Source: a virus | DNA: 64,000 nt | Virus record (IMG/VR): IMGVR_UViG_3300042884_000193 | Span: 1 to 64,000 of that record | Strand: one strand, 5' to 3' | Shown here: positions 57,858 through 64,000 of the stretch, piece after piece | Numbering within the stretch: the stretch's first letter is position 1 | Layout: the number at the start of each line of letters is the position of its first letter | Notes under the pieces: model-generated | Told to the model about the DNA's origin: nothing | Database searches by the model: none | Seen by the model: the letters and a program-made list of their open reading frames with translations, nothing else | Made by a program: the position numbers and the translations under genes

Positions 57858-58760
57858 TTAAACTGCATTATTAATATTATAGTCAATCGGATAAAAATAT
57901 GACTTGAACATGTCATAGTATTTACCATACATAGCCTTACGATTCATAGCCCAAACTTTCTGCATCTCAGAGAAGTTAGGAGTATTAACTACCGATAGTG
58001 CATTATTACGCGCAGCTCTAAATTCAGTAGCAATTAGTTGATACTGAACTGTCACATTTTCTCCCATAAGAAGTAATGTCTCATAGATTTTCTTTTTAAG
58101 GGCATACTCGTAGTACTCATTTAAAAAAGGGTGATCTGGTACCATTAACTCTCCATCCTCATTCTCCATATTTCCTTGATAGTTGATATAGATGTTACCC
58201 TCTTGGAAGCTTGTCCAAATAAAATTATCTTTTATGTAGGCGTCATCAGAAGAGTACATCTGGAGATTAGGGCAATCACAGTCAATAAACTGAGAATTTT
58301 TAAACCTAATAGGAAACATAGATTTGTAATGACGTGTAGTTGTATTGACAACTTGAATAAGCTGGTAATCATTTCCACATTTTGTTAGGCATACTGGTGT
58401 ATTTGTAGTGTTTACTTGAGAACACAAGTTACCTTCAACCCAATCTCTATATTCAGGAACTACTTGTTGAATCTGAGTACCTTGAGGATTTACAATAGTA
58501 CTCGTATACTCACCACAAATAAGAGCAAAGTTCATTACAAAGAAGTCATCAGGAAGTCTAACCTTTCCTTTAACAACTTCTAAAACTTTTTCTTTAGTGT
58601 GATATATACGTAGACCTAAATCATAGTTAGCTTTAATTGCAATTTTGACAAGCGTAGCAGGCTCAATTTTGTTCTCCAATGACGCAGTTGGAAGATCCAC
58701 TCGGACATCTTCCAAAAGTTGCTCAAAAGTCCTATATTTAAGAGTGTAGTTATAGTTCAT
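57858..58760 (-). CDS. Tail ring/tubular protein
   Basis: 300 aa; VRLPDDF..G.IYINY..VPD..YYEY pattern; crAss-like synteny. Confidence 0.65.
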   Translation of the reverse strand: MNYNYTLKYRTFEQLLEDVRVDLPTASLENKIEPATLVKIAIKANYDLGLRIYHTKEKVLEVVKGKVRLPDDFFVMNFALICGEYTSTIVNPQGTQIQQVVPEYRDWVEGNLCSQVNTTNTPVCLTKCGNDYQLIQVVNTTTRHYKSMFPIRFKNSQFIDCDCPNLQMYSSDDAYIKDNFIWTSFQEGNIYINYQGNMENEDGELMVPDHPFLNEYYEYALKKKIYETLLLMGENVTVQYQLIATEFRAARNNALSVVNTPNFSEMQKVWAMNRKAMYGKYYDMFKSYFYPIDYNINNAV

Positions 58761-59431
58761 GTTCTGATAATGTTTTGTTTGTCATCTTGAGCACTGTCCG
58801 CTGGCATTTGAGCTGTTGTAAAGAATCCTGATACAACCTGCTGCTCAATCTCCATAAATAGATATTCAGGTAATGCTAGTTGTTGATCTTGTCTTATAGA
58901 ACATTCTGAATTTGCATCACAAGTAAATAAAGTAACATCATCTTCAAATATACCTTCAACCTTTGCAGCATCCCAATCTACATTAGGAAAATACAAATAA
59001 CCATTGAGGTACCAAAAATACTTAGTCTTATTGTATCTAAATTTGGTAGTCTTAGTCATTGCTGTATATTGAGCAGGGTCTGTTTTATATACAAAGAATG
59101 ACCCGTCAACAGAAGTCACACTCCTAAGCAATGGGCCATAGGTACCTTCCATAAGGTTAGGTAACTTTTCTCTAGTGCGTTTTATTATTACTCCGGACTG
59201 AACATCGCAGCATGCCTCAACCTTGTCTATCTCAATAAGCTCGACGCAAGGCAAAGTTTTAAATATACTGTTATACTTAAGCAGTTGATTCAGTGAATCT
59301 TGTCGCTTAAGATAAAATTTTGCAGCCTTTGTTATAAGACTGAATAAGAGTCTATCAGTAATAAAAGCATCTTGAGTAAGACCTTTTATTAATGAGCGGA
59401 CCCTTGATATGCTTTCTCCTACTGTAGTCAT
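58757..59431 (-). CDS. Tail ring/tubular protein
   Basis: 224 aa; LPCVEL..RTREKLP..YLNGYLY..EGIFED pattern; crAss-like synteny. Confidence 0.7.
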   Translation of the reverse strand: MTTVGESISRVRSLIKGLTQDAFITDRLLFSLITKAAKFYLKRQDSLNQLLKYNSIFKTLPCVELIEIDKVEACCDVQSGVIIKRTREKLPNLMEGTYGPLLRSVTSVDGSFFVYKTDPAQYTAMTKTTKFRYNKTKYFWYLNGYLYFPNVDWDAAKVEGIFEDDVTLFTCDANSECSIRQDQQLALPEYLFMEIEQQVVSGFFTTAQMPADSAQDDKQNIIRT

Positions 59432-59433
59432 AG

Positions 59434-60015
59434 TTAAAATTCAAATTCATTATATGTTGAAATATCTTGTTCTTTAAGCTCAGAGAAAACAAAAGGCTTT
59501 GTTCTATTTGATATTAAAGCTGATACATTATCGCGTCTGCCTATGGTTACATAGGTCTTCCAGTTATTCTTAAACTCAGCAGAAAAGGTTCTCTTAAACT
59601 GTCTAATTGGAGTAAACCCCCACATAGAATAGTCTTTCATTGTACCCTTCTGCGTATAGTTGGTATAAAATATTTTAGCCAATGCCCCATCTGACTCCCA
59701 ATTCTTTCTTGCTACAGCTCCATCATCATTATGATAACTATAATAAGTCTTATAGTTATTACCATCATTGATGCAAGTAGCGCCAAATAACATTCCCAAA
59801 TGCTCCGGAAGCTTAATACCATCTCGGGTAGTAATAACAGTTTTCCAGATCTCTTCAGAATGATGCATTATAATTTCTTTAAACTCCTTGTACTCAAGGT
59901 CTTTGTATTTAGGGAACTTGTTAATGAATTCTTTAAACATGTCTATGTTCAAAGTAGTTATAACATTCTTCCTAAATCTAGGTCCTTTTATATCAGGTCT
60001 TTGGTTATTACTCAT
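59434..60015 (-). CDS. IHF/HU-like protein of the crAss structural module
   Basis: 193 aa; IKLPEHLG..F.P.RQFKR pattern; position upstream of the ring genes. Confidence 0.55.
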   Translation of the reverse strand: MSNNQRPDIKGPRFRKNVITTLNIDMFKEFINKFPKYKDLEYKEFKEIIMHHSEEIWKTVITTRDGIKLPEHLGMLFGATCINDGNNYKTYYSYHNDDGAVARKNWESDGALAKIFYTNYTQKGTMKDYSMWGFTPIRQFKRTFSAEFKNNWKTYVTIGRRDNVSALISNRTKPFVFSELKEQDISTYNEFEF

Positions 60016-60088
60016 AACGTATACTACAATTTACAAAATTTCTTTCAGGTTTGAAAGATAATACATAATTGATTACTAGACAAGTAGT

Positions 60089-60116
60089 AGAAAGCCCCCA
60101 AGTTGTACTTGAGGGC
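60089..60116 (-). terminator. Candidate intrinsic terminator
   Basis: - strand GCCCTCAAGT-ACA-ACTTGGGGGC (one G:U pair) followed by a short TTTCT tract, in an intergenic gap. Confidence 0.5.
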
Positions 60117-60153
60117 CCCCTGGTTTAGTCACGAATAAACCAACAAACGTAGA

Positions 60154-60699
60154 CTATAATACAGGTAATGTCTTTATCATAATAAGCGCACTAATAGAAG
60201 TATCGCCATCACAATCTGTTCTCACTCTAAAATAATAGTTAGTATTAGAGTTTAAAAGAGTAAGTGTAAAAGTAGGAGTTGTTAAAGTAGGTGAGGTTGT
60301 ATATACCCCTTCTACAGTTCCATAATCTACAGTATAACTTTCTGCTCCTGTATCTTCCCAATTAAGTATGATAGCTGTTGTACCTACATAACTAGGATGT
60401 ATATTGATTGGAGGAAGACAGTTAGGATCAACACTTTGTGCTGACATTGCTTGGTAAGCATTTTCTAGTGAAGCTCCTGCAGGTAATGCTGGGTAAGAGT
60501 CACCACCTGCTAATAATTCTCCAAAGTTAATGATGCTATAGTTACCATGTTTTACACAAGTGTCTTGGATAGTCTCATAGCACGGAGTTGGATCCGGGCA
60601 TTTAATATCAGGAGGACATGTATATACAGGTGCAGTTGTAAGGGGGAGATCCTTACAACCGCATGATGTATTTGTAGATTGACAAGTTGAACAAGCCAT
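60154..60699 (-). CDS. Cys-rich virion protein with C-terminal fibronectin type III domain
   Basis: ILNW..YTVDY..LTLLNSNTNYYFRVRTDC is an FN3 signature; Cys-rich N-terminus. Confidence 0.75.
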   Translation of the reverse strand: MACSTCQSTNTSCGCKDLPLTTAPVYTCPPDIKCPDPTPCYETIQDTCVKHGNYSIINFGELLAGGDSYPALPAGASLENAYQAMSAQSVDPNCLPPINIHPSYVGTTAIILNWEDTGAESYTVDYGTVEGVYTTSPTLTTPTFTLTLLNSNTNYYFRVRTDCDGDTSISALIMIKTLPVL

Positions 60700-60704
60700 T
60701 TTAG

Positions 60705-62207
60705 TTAGGGTTTAGTAGTTACTGAGGTAAATGGACAATCTGTAATTGTTGATCCAATAATTACTCTCATGCGAATTTGATAATTAGTAGCTGCTACAAG
60801 ACCTGTTATTTGTCCAAGTACAGGACCTACTGCAGGATTTATAGAAGATACTGTGGTTACAATTGCAGTTTGAGCTGAATTCCAACACTCAAGCATGTAC
60901 GTAACAGGACTTGATAATGGATTAGCAAACACATAATCAATATAAGTAACGTCTGCAGAGTAAGTTACAGATGGACAAAGTGCACTATTCACAATTGAAT
61001 AATTTAAAGATTGGCTACACTTTAAACCAGCTATTGTATCATCCATACATAAGTTAAGACTTACGGTATAGTCAGTATAAGCATTTAAAGATGTTGCGGT
61101 TATATTAATTGGAACAGGTGCTCCATTAATATTAGATGCAACATTAATTTGTGTAGTATAGGCATTACCATATGCATCGGTTATTGTTATGTAACAACCT
61201 GCTGCATAGCAATCTGTAAATGATCCAATAGAACCAGTTAGATCAACAAGGATACTTGGTGATGTGTAAGATGCTGTCATAGTTACATCAACATCATCGC
61301 AGCTTGGTGTGCAGCATGTAGTAACTACATTGTATACTGCATTACGCATATCACAAATAGTAATCCACATATTGTTGATTGCATCTGCCATAGTGTTATA
61401 ACTACCTGCCAATACCCATCCTGGCAAACTACCCATGTTAACGGATGTGTTAGTTAGGGAAGGTGATGTATCTAAGTTTATACACTCTTGTGAAATGGCT
61501 GAATAAATCTGAGAAGGTGTACCTGTAGAGTTTTGAAGAGCACAGAATGTAGTCTCAAGGTTCTCTACAAAATCACTAATATCAATATTAGTTCCAGCAG
61601 TTAAACAACTAGTAGGAATTGTAATAGGGGGGTATACGGGATTACAAGGATCACAAGCTTCAATTATTATCAATCTATCATTGATATCTGTTACTGTATT
61701 TGTTAGGGCCGTTAAGCTGCTTGCAATAGAGCAAACTCTTGATCCAATTGCTGCAGCATAATCTGCAATAGACATTTCTACAACAAGATTACCAAATCCA
61801 TCAGTATATTGAAAACAAGAAGCAATTGGAACTAAACAGCTCATTGATTCTTGACAATTGGTTACAGGAACTTCTCCAGGAACTAAAGATTTACTTGTAC
61901 CTGTAGTAGTGGATGTTCCTGTTGTAAGTGCACAAAGTTGATCTAAGATAAACTGAATAAGATCATGAATATTCTCAGGCTTTGGACAAATAGGTGAGAA
62001 ACACGTTAAGTCAAAACCAGGATTGGTAAGACTTAGTTGCTCAGCTAATGTGCATATCTCTATTGCTACCTTATAAGTAACATCAGAAATACTATCTCCT
62101 CTGCATAATGTAATGCATGGAATATCCGGTCCCTGCCAGATTACGCAGTTACTTGAAACAGGATTACATCCTGCTTGAGTATTAGTTGGTTGAATAGGAA
62201 GTGCCAT
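60705..62207 (-). CDS. Cys-rich tail fibre/appendage-like protein with coiled coil and C-terminal FN3-like domains
   Basis: SSNCVIWQGPDIPCI.LC.GD N-terminus; coiled coil SLTALTNTVTDINDRL; GLVAATNYQIRM. Confidence 0.65.
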   Translation of the reverse strand: MALPIQPTNTQAGCNPVSSNCVIWQGPDIPCITLCRGDSISDVTYKVAIEICTLAEQLSLTNPGFDLTCFSPICPKPENIHDLIQFILDQLCALTTGTSTTTGTSKSLVPGEVPVTNCQESMSCLVPIASCFQYTDGFGNLVVEMSIADYAAAIGSRVCSIASSLTALTNTVTDINDRLIIIEACDPCNPVYPPITIPTSCLTAGTNIDISDFVENLETTFCALQNSTGTPSQIYSAISQECINLDTSPSLTNTSVNMGSLPGWVLAGSYNTMADAINNMWITICDMRNAVYNVVTTCCTPSCDDVDVTMTASYTSPSILVDLTGSIGSFTDCYAAGCYITITDAYGNAYTTQINVASNINGAPVPINITATSLNAYTDYTVSLNLCMDDTIAGLKCSQSLNYSIVNSALCPSVTYSADVTYIDYVFANPLSSPVTYMLECWNSAQTAIVTTVSSINPAVGPVLGQITGLVAATNYQIRMRVIIGSTITDCPFTSVTTKP

Positions 62208-62244
62208 ATATATAATTTACTGTTTTTTTATCTATTATCAAAAT

Positions 62245-63999
62245 TTATCCTCCGCATAATAAGCATGGCAAAACACCATCTTCTAAAACTATACTTGTAA
62301 TATTTGCTGAGGTCATAGTATATGTTTGAAAAGTAGGATCGGAACCAGCAACTATTGTAAATCCAATTGCCCATAAACAATTACCATTATAATTAAATAC
62401 GTATGCAGAAAAAGGATCCAGGCTATCTAAAATATTATAATCAAGTACCAGATTAAATTGAGGACAAAGATTAGCACCTCCGCTAGGGGCACTCCCATCA
62501 AGACACTGTGTGCAACCAAAAGTACCTGGATCAACTCCATACGCTCCTACTGTAAATGTATAAGTTATAGGTGGAGGTGGTGGTATAAAAGGATTACCTG
62601 AAGGTTCTGGACAAATAACTGGAACAACAGGTGTTGTTATTATACAGGCTGTAGGATCATTGATAACAGCTAAGTCTGATAAATTCTTTTTAATCCATAA
62701 TCTTTCTAGGTTAATACCATCGCATTGATTACTTATACCATACTTTAACTCTTTAAACAGTCTGTAGTAACCATCTGCAAATCTTATGTTAGCCGTTATA
62801 TCACACTGACTCTGCTGGATCTGATAAAACTTTCTATCAGGCTTAGGAATAACTCTTGTATACTTTATAGGAGCTGGATCTGGTGCTGGAAGACAGCACT
62901 CACAGTCTTTAAATATTTGAAGAACTCCTTCCTCATCTACGTATATAGTAAGATTACTAATTGCTTGATCATCAAAAGGAATTTCTGCTACTTTCCAACA
63001 ACTTCTTGGATCTGTATCTTGTGTTATTTTAACAACCTGCTCAAGTTCTGCAGGTTCTGCAAACTGAGAATTATAAGTATAAAGAATATCTAAAGGATCT
63101 AAACAATTAGTCAACTCATAAACAGGAGGTGGGCCAGGTAATTGACTTGCACAATCTGGACAAGTTCCAAAATTATTTAGTATTGTTATTGCTTGAGGTG
63201 AATCACCTGATTGTTCTACTACTAACCAACAAGTATTCGGATAACCTGCAATATAAAGAACTTGGCCTACGTATCCTGATATACCTGGTGTTAAAGCTAC
63301 CGTTGTGTATTGTGTTTGCTCTAGTGCTATACAGTCCCTTATAGCATAAATAGTCGGAGGTGGATCACATGCTGCGCAGTTTGCAACCGAGATAATATTA
63401 GAATATACCACATGTATTGTATTACTACAATCCTCTGATTCTGTTACATAAAAACAAGAACCATCAATATTAACAAAACCGTCAAGGTAAGATGAGAATT
63501 CAGTATTAGATGCAATTAAAATATCACCTGTTTGACCACAGGGTGTTAATACATAACAAGTTACATCAGCTACAGAACTTGTCATTGCAAGTACTGACTT
63601 CTGGTATGTGTCAGATACAGATGCCGTAAATGTAGTTAAATTAACTTGTTCTAATCTATAGATGGTTTCATCAGCGTCACTGTTAAAAAATCCAACTGGG
63701 GCACCACTTGTAGTAAATCCTTGAAAAAGGGTTGATCCTGATTTAGAGTCAATTGTTGTAGGGGGTATCATACCTACTGTATTTATCCAACTAGCACCTG
63801 CATTGTAAGAATACAATACATTACCATTACCTGCAGAAGCAATTAAAATATTATCACTTGACCAAGCTAGATTAGTATACTTAGGTGATTTGCCCATAGC
63901 AGCAACGGTTGTACCAAAGTACTGGACCATAGTAAAACCTAATCCACCATCTGTTGATCTAAATATTTTTCTTTTTGTAGTTACTATAATAGTAGATGC
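62245..63999 (-). CDS. Cys-rich virion protein with BNR/Asp-box repeats, 5'-truncated by the window edge
   Basis: Frame is open to the edge (..IFRSTDGGLGFTMVQY..); second box YSYNAGASW; repeated C..C..C modules. Confidence 0.7.
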   Translation of the reverse strand, partial: ASTIIVTTKRKIFRSTDGGLGFTMVQYFGTTVAAMGKSPKYTNLAWSSDNILIASAGNGNVLYSYNAGASWINTVGMIPPTTIDSKSGSTLFQGFTTSGAPVGFFNSDADETIYRLEQVNLTTFTASVSDTYQKSVLAMTSSVADVTCYVLTPCGQTGDILIASNTEFSSYLDGFVNIDGSCFYVTESEDCSNTIHVVYSNIISVANCAACDPPPTIYAIRDCIALEQTQYTTVALTPGISGYVGQVLYIAGYPNTCWLVVEQSGDSPQAITILNNFGTCPDCASQLPGPPPVYELTNCLDPLDILYTYNSQFAEPAELEQVVKITQDTDPRSCWKVAEIPFDDQAISNLTIYVDEEGVLQIFKDCECCLPAPDPAPIKYTRVIPKPDRKFYQIQQSQCDITANIRFADGYYRLFKELKYGISNQCDGINLERLWIKKNLSDLAVINDPTACIITTPVVPVICPEPSGNPFIPPPPPITYTFTVGAYGVDPGTFGCTQCLDGSAPSGGANLCPQFNLVLDYNILDSLDPFSAYVFNYNGNCLWAIGFTIVAGSDPTFQTYTMTSANITSIVLEDGVLPCLLCGG

Positions 64000-64000
64000 A

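Noticed and set aside
11025-63344. The many 60-120 aa ORFs antisense to or nested in long genes
   Set aside because: They are shadow frames of the long genes with no recognisable motifs or independent signals
1-64000. Stop-codon reassignment (TAG or TGA) as in some gut crAss phages
   Set aside because: Giant ORFs are intact in code 11, coding density is near complete, and TAG (3858) and TGA (6896, 8709) serve as coupled or terminal stops
1-64000. CRISPR array, tRNA/rRNA, integrase/IS element, DGR or retron reverse transcriptase
   Set aside because: No spaced direct repeats, cloverleaf-like intergenic space, transposase or RT motifs seen by eye; intergenic gaps are at most about 140 nt

Overview
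This 64 kb window is part of an AT-rich tailed-phage genome with Crassvirales (crAss-like) organisation and a probable Bacteroidota host (TAnnTTTG promoter-like boxes, no obvious Shine-Dalgarno sites). It uses genetic code 11 with no sign of stop-codon reassignment. The + strand block (1-7779) is a replication/nucleotide module: two paralogous BRCT-like proteins, a PD-(D/E)xK nuclease, a family B DNA polymerase, a DUF932-like protein and two MazG-like proteins. The convergent - strand block (7776-64000) is the virion/lysis module: Cys-rich FN3/BNR tail proteins, an IHF-like protein, two ring proteins, the tail stabilisation/muzzle protein, cargo proteins, four consecutive ejection-type proteins including a 3512 aa virion RNA polymerase (DFDTD), an L,D-transpeptidase-like endolysin, holin-like and spanin-like genes, and three small ORFs missing from the supplied track. 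Three patterns stand out. (1) The four Cys-poor ejection-type proteins carry terminal cysteines at exactly the ends that would form a head-to-tail disulfide chain in gene order. (2) A recurring hydrophobic-[AKQ]-x-GG motif marks module boundaries in the cargo proteins. (3) A 1418 aa protein consists of two tandem repeat+hydrophobic+effector cassettes ending in an ART and a protein kinase. All domain calls come from motif recognition by eye; no database search was run.
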